NCBI GenBank assembly: GCA_040388985.1
Contig: JAZKAU010000002.1
Coordinates: 311,642-375,641 of the forward strand
DNA length: 64,000 bases
Direction of reading: 5' to 3'
Origin: Patescibacteria group bacterium
Lineage (GTDB): Bacteria > Patescibacteriota > Minisyncoccia > Phycocordibacterales > Phycocordibacteraceae
A model generated the notes under the pieces. The model was not told where the DNA came from. It saw only the letters and a list, made by a program, of their open reading frames with translations, and searched no databases. A program made the position numbers and the translations under genes. Within the stretch, counting starts at the first letter, position 1. Every line of letters starts with the position of its first letter. Of the stretch, positions 19,579 to 29,067 are shown in pieces.

Positions 19579-21225
19579 ATGGCGCTCGAAGGTCACAAAT
19601 ATATATTCGTCCTCGGCGGGGTGATGAGTGGCGTCGGAAAGGGGGTCGCTTCCTCTTCCATGGGTCTTCTCTTGCAGGAGCTTGGCTACAGCGTGAACCT
19701 TGTGAAGATCGATCCGTATCTGAATGTCGACGCCGGTACGATGAATCCGACCGAGCACGGCGAGGTCTTCGTGCTGAACTCCGGTCTCGAGACCGATCAG
19801 GACATGGGCAACTATGAGCGCTTCCTCAACCGCGACCTGGGTCCCGAAGACTATATGACGAGCGGCATGGTCTATAAGACGGTCATCGAGCGCGAGCGAG
19901 CGCTCGAGTACGGCGGCCGCTGCATCGAAGCTGTCCCGCACGTGCGCGATGAGATATTGCGTCGCATCCAGATAGCGGCAAGCCATAACGGCAGCCAGAT
20001 CTCCGTCATTGAGATAGGCGGGACGGTGGGGGACTTCCAGAACGCGCTCTTCATCGAGGCTGCGCGCGTCCTGCGCCTTACGCATCCTGACGACGTGCTC
20101 TTCGTGATGGTTTCGTACCTGCCGGTGCCGAGCACGCTCGGCGAGATGAAGACCAAGCCTACCCAGACTGCGGTGCGCGAGCTCAACTCCTATGGCGTGC
20201 AGCCGGACTTCATCATTGCTCGCGCGAACAATGCCATGGATGAGAAGCGTAAGGAGAAGCTCGCCATCTGGTGCAACGTGCGTCCGAGCCATGTCATCTC
20301 GGCTCCTGACGTCGAGAGCATCTATGACGTGCCGCTTAACTTTGAGCAGGACAATCTCGGCAACCTGCTCCTTGACGCGCTCAAGCTCCCGAATAACAAG
20401 CCTTCGGATTTCAAGGCCTGGAAAGAATTCCTCGGAAAGCTGAAGGCGGGAGGTCCTGAAGTGACTATCGGCATCGTCGGCAAATATTTCGATACCGGAG
20501 ATTTCGTGTTGTCAGACGCCTATCTTTCCATCATCGAGGCGCTCAAGTTCTCGGGAGCGGCGCAGGGCGTGAAGCCCGTCATCGAATGGGTGAACGCCAA
20601 AGATTTCGAGAAGGGAACGAGTGTCGAGACGCTGGCCAAGTATGATGGCATCCTCGTCCCGGGCGGTTTCGGCGAGACCGGCATCGAAGGCAAGCTCAAG
20701 GCCATCCGCTACGCGCGCGAGAACCAGATTCCGTATTTCGGCATCTGCTACGGCATGCAGCTCATGGTCGTCGAATACGCGCGCAACGTGCTCGGTATTG
20801 CTGACGCCCACACCATGGAGATAGATCCGCAGACTAAGAATCCAGTGGTCGCCATCATGGACGCGCAGAAGAAACATATAGCTGAAGGCAACTATGGCGG
20901 CACGATGCGGCTCGGAACCTATGTCGAGAACATCAAGGCGGGGACCATAGCGCGCGAAGCATACGGCGTAGCTTCCGTGGAAGAACGCCATCGCCATCGC
21001 TATGAGATAAACCCTGCATATGTGCCGCAGATCGAAGAAGCTGGCATGGTCTTCTCTGCGACCAGTCCTGACGGCGTGCTCATGGAGATGGCTGAGCTGC
21101 CGCGCGAGACGCACCCCTTCTTCCTGGGCACCCAAGCGCACCCCGAGCTTCAGGCCCGCCCGCTTGCGCCGCACCCGCTTTTCACTGAGTTCTTGAAGGC
21201 AGCTTCAGCCCGGCGCGCCCGCTAG
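19579..21225 (+). CDS. pyrG: CTP synthase
   Basis: N-terminal GGVMSGVGKGVASSS, KIDPYLNVDAGTMNP, glutaminase GICYGMQ and HRHRYE motifs. Confidence 0.95.
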   Translation: MALEGHKYIFVLGGVMSGVGKGVASSSMGLLLQELGYSVNLVKIDPYLNVDAGTMNPTEHGEVFVLNSGLETDQDMGNYERFLNRDLGPEDYMTSGMVYKTVIERERALEYGGRCIEAVPHVRDEILRRIQIAASHNGSQISVIEIGGTVGDFQNALFIEAARVLRLTHPDDVLFVMVSYLPVPSTLGEMKTKPTQTAVRELNSYGVQPDFIIARANNAMDEKRKEKLAIWCNVRPSHVISAPDVESIYDVPLNFEQDNLGNLLLDALKLPNNKPSDFKAWKEFLGKLKAGGPEVTIGIVGKYFDTGDFVLSDAYLSIIEALKFSGAAQGVKPVIEWVNAKDFEKGTSVETLAKYDGILVPGGFGETGIEGKLKAIRYARENQIPYFGICYGMQLMVVEYARNVLGIADAHTMEIDPQTKNPVVAIMDAQKKHIAEGNYGGTMRLGTYVENIKAGTIAREAYGVASVEERHRHRYEINPAYVPQIEEAGMVFSATSPDGVLMEMAELPRETHPFFLGTQAHPELQARPLAPHPLFTEFLKAASARRAR

Positions 21226-21341
21226 AGCGCGCAAGCGCGCTCATCTTCTCTTCACGACATTCGTGCCATGCTTATCTCCTAGGTAAGGGAGCTATACTAA
21301 GAACGTCTACCTTAGCGGAACTAACCACCTATCATTCGTCT

Positions 21342-21602
21342 ATGACCACTACCAGCAAAGCCGTTCTCGGGATAGCACTAGCAGCCGTTATCCTCGTCAT
21401 CGCGTTCTACGCGCTTCGCATGCATGACGCCGGTACGAACGCGCAATCGGCTGACGCGGCAACCCTTCCGACGCCCGCAAATGACACGTCCGATAGCGCG
21501 ATGGATAAGGATGCAGCCGCTATCGATGCGCAGCTGAAAGGCCTATCTGACGATGACGCCACTGTCGACCAGGGAATCCAGACGCACGCGACTGCGCAGT
21601 AG
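21342..21602 (+). CDS. small hypothetical protein with N-terminal TM/signal anchor
   Basis: 86-aa ORF, hydrophobic N-terminus, Ala/Asp-rich. Confidence 0.35.
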   Translation: MTTTSKAVLGIALAAVILVIAFYALRMHDAGTNAQSADAATLPTPANDTSDSAMDKDAAAIDAQLKGLSDDDATVDQGIQTHATAQ

Positions 21603-21654
21603 CTCTGGTATCCGCGACTCTCACATCTTTACTAATCTCACTACTACCCACTCT

Positions 21655-22590
21655 ATGAAATCCACCCGAACCCTTACTGCCGTCACGCTTGCCGCAGGTA
21701 TCGCGCTTACGCCGTTCCTCGCCCTTGCTCACGATGCGAACCTGGATTCAGCATCGGCGGTCCAGGTCAAGTTTAACGAAGGTCAGAACAGCGACGATGC
21801 TTCAGTTCACGCTGACACGAATGTCTCCGCAGATGGACAAGGCCTTACCGGTCGTCCAACGCGCGATCACGCGAACCTCGTTCCGGAGGGTGTCATGATG
21901 AATAAAGATCACGGCAATGCTAAGGGAGATAAGGGCGCAGGTATGATGGAGCGCGGCGACACCGGCATTGATATGCGCATAGGTGCGCTTGAGAAGCTCT
22001 CTAGCCGCATCGAAGGCGCGAAGCGCGTCTCAGGCAGCATACGGAGCGAACTCTCCGGAGAGCTTTCCGCACAGATACAGGCGCTTACCAGCCTCAAGGC
22101 CAAGATAGGGAACGATGCCAGTACTTCAACGCTGCGTGCTGACGTGAAGGGTATCCGCCCTGAATTCCGCACGTACGCGCTCGTCCTTCCGCAGGCGGCG
22201 ATAACCGCAGCGAGCGATCGCGTGCTTAACATTAGCGCGCAGATGGATGCCTTCGGCGCAAAGCTCAATTCCCGCATCCAGGCTGCGACGACTGCCGGCA
22301 CTGACACGACTGCTGCAGTAAGCGCATACAACGACTACACCGCAAAGGTCGCTGACGCGAAAGTTCAGGCAAATGCAGCCGCAAGCCTCATTGCAGGACT
22401 GAAGCCTGATAACGGCGACAAAGCCGTCTTCGCCGCCAACAGTGCCGCTCTCAAGAGCGCGCACGACAAGCTGAAAGTAGCCGAGACTGACCTCAAGGCG
22501 GCTCGCGTCGACATCGGTACCATCCTCAAGACAGTGAAGGGAGCAAGCGCAGAAGCGCACGCTTCAACGACCGTGAAGACCCACTCATAA
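21655..22590 (+). CDS. secreted alpha-helical/coiled-coil hypothetical protein
   Basis: signal peptide MKSTRTLTAVTLAAGIALTPFLALAHD (start trimmed from ORF 21553); Ala-rich repeats. Confidence 0.5.
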   Translation: MKSTRTLTAVTLAAGIALTPFLALAHDANLDSASAVQVKFNEGQNSDDASVHADTNVSADGQGLTGRPTRDHANLVPEGVMMNKDHGNAKGDKGAGMMERGDTGIDMRIGALEKLSSRIEGAKRVSGSIRSELSGELSAQIQALTSLKAKIGNDASTSTLRADVKGIRPEFRTYALVLPQAAITAASDRVLNISAQMDAFGAKLNSRIQAATTAGTDTTAAVSAYNDYTAKVADAKVQANAAASLIAGLKPDNGDKAVFAANSAALKSAHDKLKVAETDLKAARVDIGTILKTVKGASAEAHASTTVKTHS

Positions 22591-22742
22591 TTTCCTCTCG
22601 GGAGCTTAGATAGGAGTAAGTATCAGATATATAGAATCAGTCCCCGGCTACGCCGGGGACTGATTCTATATATACACCTTGCCTGATTTCCAGGCCCCAT
22701 ACAGCGGTATACTTAGGGAATAGCAGATAATCCGCAGTATCC

Positions 22743-23171
22743 ATGGAAGTCATAATCAATTATTGGGCCGTGCTTCTCGCAGCCATCGCCGCCTTCGTCC
22801 TCGGAGGCCTCTGGTTCGGACCGTTCTTCGGGAAGACCTGGATGAAGCTCGCCGGCATCCATATGCCGCACGAGATGACCAAGGCGATGAGAAGCAGCAT
22901 GATGCGCTCCTATGCCGTCGTCGCCATCTTCTCGCTCGTCATGGCAACCGTCCTCGCCCATCTCTTGTTCTATATGAACATCTTCACCGGCGTCTACGGC
23001 GTCGACACCGGCGTCACGACTGCCATTTGGTGCTGGCTCGGCTTCGTCGTCCCGGCGACTCTCGGCTCCGTCCTCTGGGAAGGCCGCTCATGGAAGTACT
23101 GGTTCATCGTCGCAGGCTACTGGCTCGTCGCGATGATCATTGCGGGCATTATCCTTGCCGCCTGGCGCTAA
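22743..23171 (+). CDS. hypothetical 4-TM membrane protein (DUF1761-like)
   Basis: MEVIINYWAVLLAAIAAFVLGGLWFGPFFGKTW N-terminus; TATACT box upstream. Confidence 0.45.
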   Translation: MEVIINYWAVLLAAIAAFVLGGLWFGPFFGKTWMKLAGIHMPHEMTKAMRSSMMRSYAVVAIFSLVMATVLAHLLFYMNIFTGVYGVDTGVTTAIWCWLGFVVPATLGSVLWEGRSWKYWFIVAGYWLVAMIIAGIILAAWR

Positions 23172-23185
23172 GTATCTGAGAATTT

Positions 23186-23222
23186 ATAAAGAACAGAGCC
23201 GGGCATGCCCGGCTCTGTTCTT
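23186..23222 (+). terminator. Rho-independent terminator (AAAGAACAGAGCCGGGCATGCCCGGCTCTGTTCTTT)
   Basis: perfect 15-bp stem followed by T-run. Confidence 0.65.
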
Positions 23223-23271
23223 TATCTTTTATCCATATTTCCTCTATGTGTTTGTGCCATAGTAGGTCGTT

Positions 23272-23940
23272 ATGGATGCGCGCTCTCGTAAGATATCAGA
23301 AACAATGCGAGCTAAGAAGCTCGATAACCTCAAGGAGTGGCGAGACCGCATGAAGGCAGAAGGGAAGATCAAGTCATCCTACGAACCGTTCGAGAAGAAC
23401 GGAGATCTGGCAGAGTTAATCGGCGTAGTGCTTGGAGACGGTCATATTTATAAACACGTTCGGTGCGAATCCTTGCGCATCGTCGGAAGTGGGAATAACC
23501 CCGGCTTTGCGCAAAGATACGCATCTCTTGTCGAGAATATATTCGGTAAGAAGCCACATGTAGCTCTCAGAAGCGCAGAATATGCAATTAATATAACGAT
23601 TTACCAAAGAGAGATCGCCGCGCGTCTCGGTATACCTGCAGGCTCCCGCAAGAATCTTGTATACGAACTTCCGCCGTGGATTCAAGATGAGCCACAACAT
23701 ATCATCTATTTCTTGCGTGGGCTCTATGAAGCAGAAGGTTGCCTCGCGCACCATGAGGGCACCTATACGCATAAGTTCCAATTCTCCAACGTAAACAGAT
23801 CGCTTCTGGATATCGTCTTTAATGAGCTCCAGAAGCTTGGCTTCCATCCGCACCGATCACCTAAGCAAATACAGGTCTCGCGGAAGGAAGAGGTGCAAAA
23901 ATTAGCCAATTTGCTACAATTTCGAAACTACGGTCCGTAG
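23272..23940 (+). CDS. free-standing double-motif LAGLIDADG homing endonuclease-like protein
   Basis: two LAGLIDADG-like motifs ~100 aa apart: LIGVVLGDGHI and FLRGLYEAEGCL; stop codon 4 nt before tRNA-Gln. Confidence 0.65.
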   Translation: MDARSRKISETMRAKKLDNLKEWRDRMKAEGKIKSSYEPFEKNGDLAELIGVVLGDGHIYKHVRCESLRIVGSGNNPGFAQRYASLVENIFGKKPHVALRSAEYAINITIYQREIAARLGIPAGSRKNLVYELPPWIQDEPQHIIYFLRGLYEAEGCLAHHEGTYTHKFQFSNVNRSLLDIVFNELQKLGFHPHRSPKQIQVSRKEEVQKLANLLQFRNYGP

Positions 23941-23944
23941 TATT

Positions 23945-24018
23945 TGCGGGATCATCTAATGGTAGGATCCATGCTTCTGGCGCATGTCATCTAGGTTCGA
24001 GTCCTAGTCCCGCAGCCA
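23945..24018 (+). tRNA. tRNA-Gln (CTG), CCA encoded; integration target
   Basis: acceptor TGCGGGA/TCCCGCA, anticodon stem CATGC/GCATG loop TTCTGGC, T-arm CTAGGTTCGAGTCCTAG, GCCA end. Confidence 0.7.
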
Positions 24019-24032
24019 ACTCGTGCTAGGTT
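24006..24032 (+). repeat. left copy of 27-bp perfect direct repeat (tRNA-Gln 3' end + 14 nt): AGTCCCGCAGCCAACTCGTGCTAGGTT
   Basis: identical 27-mer recurs at 40422-40448. Confidence 0.8.
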
Positions 24033-24098
24033 ATCGCGCTCGAGACGCGTCGATATGAGAATCACCAAAATGGTATAATTGGTGGAGTCAACTTTAAT

Positions 24099-25010
24099 AT
24101 GTCCGCTTCCCATAATCACAATAGTGTTTCCGCAGATTCAGCCTCAATAGGCAAAGCATTTGCGTGGGGAGTCAGTCTCAATACTGTTTTCATTATTGTA
24201 GAAATCAGCTTCGGTCTACTGGCGGGATCTGTAGCTCTGATTGCGGACGCTGCTCATAACTTTAGCGACGTGCTAGGTCTCCTACTTTCGTGGGGTGCAC
24301 TAGCACTTGCTCGGAGAATTCCGAATGGAAAATACACCTACGGATATCGTTCAGCAACCATATTATCTGTCCTTGCCTCAACCGCTTTTTTGTTCGTGGC
24401 AGTGGGCGGGATTGTGTGGTCAGCATTCGGTCGCTTTGCAGAGCCAGCTCCAGTCGAAAGCGGTATTGTCATGATTGTTGCCGCTGTAGGCATTCTTATA
24501 AACGGACTTTCTGCGTGGTTGCTTTCACGGGGGAATAAAGATCTAAACGTGAAAAGTGCTTTCATGCATTTGGCGGCTGATGCGGCGGTATCGGCGGGAG
24601 TTGTCGTAGCAGGTATCGCTATCTACTTCACGGGTTGGAATGTTCTCGACCCTATCGTTAGTATTTTGATTTCAGTAGTCGTTCTATGGGGAGGTTGGGG
24701 TGTTCTGCGTGACGCAGTAAAGCTTGCTCTTAATGCCGTTCCTGATTCTGTACAGCTTCCTGAAGTTCGCACCTATCTTGAAACGCTTCCCGGGGTATCT
24801 CGCATACACGACGTACATGTCTGGCCTATAAGCACCACCGAAATCGCGCTTACAGCGCACCTAGTGCTTCCGCAGGGAGGGTGCAATGATCGTTTCTTGC
24901 ATGAAGTTTGTCATACATTACGCGAGCGTTTTGGTATTGCTCACGCAACCCTACAGACTGAACAAGGAGAAGGGGAGGAATGCGACCTCGCGCCTGAGGA
25001 AGTCGTCTAA
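24099..25010 (+). CDS. czcD: cation diffusion facilitator (CDF) family metal efflux transporter
   Basis: FAWGVSLNTVFIIVEI...LIADAAHNFSDV TM1-2 motif, His-rich N-terminus, C-terminal cytoplasmic domain. Confidence 0.85.
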   Translation: MSASHNHNSVSADSASIGKAFAWGVSLNTVFIIVEISFGLLAGSVALIADAAHNFSDVLGLLLSWGALALARRIPNGKYTYGYRSATILSVLASTAFLFVAVGGIVWSAFGRFAEPAPVESGIVMIVAAVGILINGLSAWLLSRGNKDLNVKSAFMHLAADAAVSAGVVVAGIAIYFTGWNVLDPIVSILISVVVLWGGWGVLRDAVKLALNAVPDSVQLPEVRTYLETLPGVSRIHDVHVWPISTTEIALTAHLVLPQGGCNDRFLHEVCHTLRERFGIAHATLQTEQGEGEECDLAPEEVV

Positions 25011-25153
25011 TATTTAACCCATGTCACCTAAAGCAATTATCTTTATTCTCTTAGCGCTAGTGGTAGCTTTCTTGATTTTTAAGACGGTAACTCATAAGCC
25101 AGGAGACATTTCGTTCCACATATGCACTAGTCAGATAGTGTAAAATAGGAGTC

Positions 25154-25516
25154 ATGCGTGCACCTAATCCTCTAATTACTTACGTATCGCTGGCTGCGTT
25201 TCTTTTTATAGTCATCGTTGGGCCGTGGCTGGTTTTCTCATCGCCGGTTGATATAGATCCCGGATGTCTTTTTACGCATGGTCAGGAATCGTTCTGTTCG
25301 ATGACTTCGCTCGAACATCTAGAGCAGTGGCAATCTGCGTTTATGTTCACGCTCGTGCAAATTCTCTCTTTCGCAGTATGTATCGCAGTTGTAAGTATCT
25401 TCTTCGCTATCATTCAGCGACTCAAACCAGATATCCCTTTCTTCTTTAAGCGATATCAACCCACGCTCTTTCAACAACTTTTCTCACAAGGAATATTGAA
25501 TTCAAAGGCTTACTAA
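25154..25516 (+). CDS. small membrane protein with conserved Cys pair (paralog of 30739..31107)
   Basis: GCLFTHGQESFCSMTSLEHLEQWQSAF... aligns with GCPFMKGETSICPMSVLDHITSWQSTF... of second copy. Confidence 0.45.
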   Translation: MRAPNPLITYVSLAAFLFIVIVGPWLVFSSPVDIDPGCLFTHGQESFCSMTSLEHLEQWQSAFMFTLVQILSFAVCIAVVSIFFAIIQRLKPDIPFFFKRYQPTLFQQLFSQGILNSKAY

Positions 25517-25557
25517 AACGCACATGCGCGTGCTTTTATTCGTTTGTTTGAAATCGT

Positions 25558-25758
25558 ATGCAGAAAAAGTTTATTGTTGCGTTGATAGCAACTTTATTAG
25601 TCGTAGGCTTTATAGGGTATCTCTACATAGGAAGGTCTGCTCCGACAGAAGATGGTGAATCAGTAGCAGTACCTGTAAATGAAACTTTATTTCAGCAACC
25701 TATAGTTTCACCTACGAACGCAGAGCCAGATGACTCACAACATCCATCCAATCTCTAA
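25558..25758 (+). CDS. small secreted/membrane-anchored hypothetical protein
   Basis: 66-aa ORF with N-terminal TM helix. Confidence 0.3.
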   Translation: MQKKFIVALIATLLVVGFIGYLYIGRSAPTEDGESVAVPVNETLFQQPIVSPTNAEPDDSQHPSNL

Positions 25759-25782
25759 ATTACCAACCTATACTTTAATCGT

Positions 25783-26340
25783 ATGTCCTTAGAATTATTC
25801 TCAACAATACTTACGATCGGCAGCATGGCCGTAAGTGCAGTACTGCTTCTGTCACTCGTTTTATTTCAGGTGTCAGGCAAGTTTAGAGAGCACGTATATG
25901 CTCATAGTTATTGGAGATTCTTAATAGCCATGGGTCTGCTATCAGTTGTTTCGATTGCAGGTGCTCTTATATATCAGCTTGTGTACCTAACGCCTGTATG
26001 CGAGTTGTGCTGGTGGCAACGAATATTCTTCTTCCCAATCAGTGTCATCTCGCTTGTTGCATTCTGGCGTAAATCTAAAGAGGCACACATTACTATCGCG
26101 ATTCTTGCCGCGCTAGGGCTTTTTTATGCGAGCTACCACTATTATTACCATTTCCAAGGTCTGGTACTCGGAAACAAACTTGCCCTCCCGTGTTCTTCTG
26201 GAGGCTTGCTTCCGGCCTGCACTGATTCGCCAATCTTAATATTTGGCTTCGTCACTATTCCGTTCATGGGAGTTCTCATGTTCTTGAGCATGCTCATACT
26301 CGCATATTTTGCGCACAAAGTCCTAAAACGTACTTCTTAA
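25783..26340 (+). CDS. disulfide bond formation protein B-like oxidoreductase (BdbC/DsbB family)
   Basis: PVCELCWWQRIFFFP (CxxC...QR) and second Cys pair CSSGGLLPAC; FGFVTIPFMG motif as in Bacillus BdbC. Confidence 0.75.
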   Translation: MSLELFSTILTIGSMAVSAVLLLSLVLFQVSGKFREHVYAHSYWRFLIAMGLLSVVSIAGALIYQLVYLTPVCELCWWQRIFFFPISVISLVAFWRKSKEAHITIAILAALGLFYASYHYYYHFQGLVLGNKLALPCSSGGLLPACTDSPILIFGFVTIPFMGVLMFLSMLILAYFAHKVLKRTS

Positions 26341-26364
26341 ATAGATTGATATACTAAAATTACT

Positions 26365-27003
26365 ATGAAAAATAGAACTATTTGGATCGGCGGAATCCTC
26401 ATTCTTTCCCTTGGAGCCCTTCTATTCCTTTCGACGCTCATACGTCCCGCTAGCCAGCCACCAGTAGGTAATTCAACACTTACGGCGCTTTCTTCAGACG
26501 ATTATATTCGTGGCGCTACTTCAAGCCCGGTAACACTAATCGAATATTTTGATTTTGAATGCGAAGCCTGCGGAGCATATTATCCGCTCGTAAAGCAATT
26601 GGAGAGCGAGTTGGGTGACCGCGTAACTTTTGTCGCGCGCTACTATCCGCTCCCGAACCATAAGAACGGGCTGCAGGCAGCGCTTGCCGCAGAAGCCGCA
26701 GGAAGACAAGGCAAGTTTTGGGAAATGCACGACCTACTCTTCACGCGCCAGAAAGAGTGGGGCGAGAAGCAGGTAGAGACTCCTGAAGTCTTTGCCCAAT
26801 ACGCACAGGAGATCGGGCTGGATGTAGAGCGTTTCAAGACGGATGTGACTTCAGCGGAGGTACGAGCACGCGTGCAGCGAGACCTAGATTCAGGCCGTGC
26901 GCTGGGTGTACAGGGTACGCCATCCTTCTTCTTGAATGGAGAGAAGATCCAGAACCCTCAGTCCTATGAAGCATTCAAGACGCTGCTTGAAAATAAGTTC
27001 TAA
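26365..27003 (+). CDS. DsbA/BdbD-like thioredoxin-fold thiol:disulfide oxidoreductase (secreted)
   Basis: signal anchor, active site FECEACGAYY (CxxC). Confidence 0.75.
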   Translation: MKNRTIWIGGILILSLGALLFLSTLIRPASQPPVGNSTLTALSSDDYIRGATSSPVTLIEYFDFECEACGAYYPLVKQLESELGDRVTFVARYYPLPNHKNGLQAALAAEAAGRQGKFWEMHDLLFTRQKEWGEKQVETPEVFAQYAQEIGLDVERFKTDVTSAEVRARVQRDLDSGRALGVQGTPSFFLNGEKIQNPQSYEAFKTLLENKF

Positions 27004-27006
27004 AAT

Positions 27007-28908
27007 ATGTCTTCTTCCTGCGACAACTGCGAAGTAAAGCCGGTAACGGGTCCTGATTGGAGGAAAATCGGTACCGGATATTCAGGCATTGCTACCATGC
27101 TCGGATTCTTACTCTCATACACCAGTCTTTTCCCTCAAGTACAAATGCCCCTTTTCCTCTCTGCAATAGCAGTAGGAGGCATATTCGTAGTTCGGGGTGC
27201 ACTACGGGGACTTACGCGTCAACGATTTCTTAATATTGATTTCCTCGTCGTTATCGCTACCATCGGTGCGCTGTACCTTGGTGAATTCGGGGAAGCGGCA
27301 GCCATTGTATTTTTCTTCTCGCTAGCGGAAGCATTTGAGGAATATGGAATAGCACGCTCTCGAAAAGCCCTTGAGGCACTCGTGGAAAAAAGTCCAAAGT
27401 TTGCAACACTCTCAGACGGAAGCGAGATGGCGGTTGAAAACATTACCGTTGGAACCGTGATCGCGGTTAAGCCCGGGAAGCTGATACCGCTTGATGGAGA
27501 AGTCGTCAAAGGTCAGTCGGCAGTGAATGAGGCTTCAATCACCGGAGAACCGCTACCAAAGGAAAAGACCGAGGGCGACACGGTGTACGCGGGAACGTTG
27601 AACGAAAATGGATACCTTGAAATTCGTGTGACCAAGGAAAGCAAGAATTCTACAATTGCAAAGATTGTAGGACTGGTAGAAGAGGCGCAGAAGTCAAAAA
27701 CAGGAGCAGAGGAATTCATTGATCGCTTTGCAAAATACTACACACCCGGCATCGCGTTCCTCGCGCTCGCCGTGTTTGCCGTCCCCGTACTTTTCCTTGG
27801 TGGCCAGGCTGCGCTATGGCTTGAACGGGCGATAACACTCCTTGTGATCGCATGCCCATGCGCTCTGGTAATTGCTACACCCGTTACGGTTACAGCAGCT
27901 CTCGGCGGCGCATCGCGCAGAGGAGTGCTTATCCGTGGCGGCCGTTTCCTTGAGATGCTTGGAAAGATCCGCGCCATTTCGTTTGATAAGACCGGCACAC
28001 TCACACAAGGAGAACCTCGTGTCGCCGCAGTCATTGCGTTTAATGGGTTTACAGAGCAGCAGGTTCTTGAAGACGCAGCAGGCATTGAGACGTACTCCTC
28101 GCACCCTCTTTCAAAAGCAATCCTCGCATATGCTACTGAGCGCGGGGTAACACCGCATACGATGGAAAAGTACGAGAACGTGAAAGGGAAGGGCGGACAG
28201 GCGGTATGTCTGGTCTGTGATGATACGGAGCATCTTATAGGGAACCTGAAAATGCTCGACACACACAATATAGATACGTCGAGTATTGTAGAAAAAACAA
28301 AAGAGTATGAAGAACAGGGAATGACCATCGTTCTAGTAACGGAGGGTCATACCCCTATGGGGGCACTCGCTATAACAGATACTATCCGCAGTGAATCTTC
28401 CGCCGTGATAGAGCGTCTGCGTGCAATGAAGGTAACCCCAGTTATGCTTACGGGTGACCATCAGCAGGGCGCGGACTATGTTGCCGTACAGGTAGGTATT
28501 ACCGAAGCAAGAGGCGATCTTCTTCCTGAAGACAAAGTGCGCGAGATGCAATCACTTAAAGCGAAGTATGATTCTGTTGCAATGGTCGGAGATGGGGTAA
28601 ACGATGCGCCCTCGCTCGCCATTGCAGACGTTGGTATTGCTATGGGAGCCCGAGGCTCTGATGTTGCAATCGAGACCGCAGATATTGCTCTTATGAATGA
28701 TTCTCTCTCAACGGTTCCTGACATGGTGCGTCTTGGTAGGCGCACACTCTCAACCGTTAAGGTGAATGTATTTCTCGCAATCGCGTCAAAACTCGCGTTC
28801 ATTATCCTTACTATCTTTGGCATATCCAGTCTTGGAATTGCGATAGCCGCAGATACAGGCATTGCAATTCTTGTCACTTTAAATGGCTTACGGTTATTCA
28901 GAGTTTAA
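27007..28908 (+). CDS. heavy-metal translocating P1B-type ATPase (Cd/Zn/Pb or Cu class)
   Basis: N-terminal CDNC, TM CPC motif (IACPCALVIATP), DKTGTLT, TGDHQ, GDGVNDAP. Confidence 0.9.
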   Translation: MSSSCDNCEVKPVTGPDWRKIGTGYSGIATMLGFLLSYTSLFPQVQMPLFLSAIAVGGIFVVRGALRGLTRQRFLNIDFLVVIATIGALYLGEFGEAAAIVFFFSLAEAFEEYGIARSRKALEALVEKSPKFATLSDGSEMAVENITVGTVIAVKPGKLIPLDGEVVKGQSAVNEASITGEPLPKEKTEGDTVYAGTLNENGYLEIRVTKESKNSTIAKIVGLVEEAQKSKTGAEEFIDRFAKYYTPGIAFLALAVFAVPVLFLGGQAALWLERAITLLVIACPCALVIATPVTVTAALGGASRRGVLIRGGRFLEMLGKIRAISFDKTGTLTQGEPRVAAVIAFNGFTEQQVLEDAAGIETYSSHPLSKAILAYATERGVTPHTMEKYENVKGKGGQAVCLVCDDTEHLIGNLKMLDTHNIDTSSIVEKTKEYEEQGMTIVLVTEGHTPMGALAITDTIRSESSAVIERLRAMKVTPVMLTGDHQQGADYVAVQVGITEARGDLLPEDKVREMQSLKAKYDSVAMVGDGVNDAPSLAIADVGIAMGARGSDVAIETADIALMNDSLSTVPDMVRLGRRTLSTVKVNVFLAIASKLAFIILTIFGISSLGIAIAADTGIAILVTLNGLRLFRV

Positions 28909-29067
28909 GCGGTTACTTAAGCCATACTTTAGTCCACACTTCTTCATAAAAGCATCATTGACCACGATTTTACCCTCGTTATACTAGTAGGACTGGTTAG
29001 ATACGGATGTACTCAAGAAAGCCTATTACAGGCTTTTTGTATTATGAAGAAACGCTGAATTTCCTTT

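Noticed and set aside
19492-21174. Long antisense ORFs (19492-20292, 20512-21174) within pyrG
   Set aside because: pyrG on the plus strand is unambiguous. The antisense frames are Arg/His-rich GC-frame artefacts.
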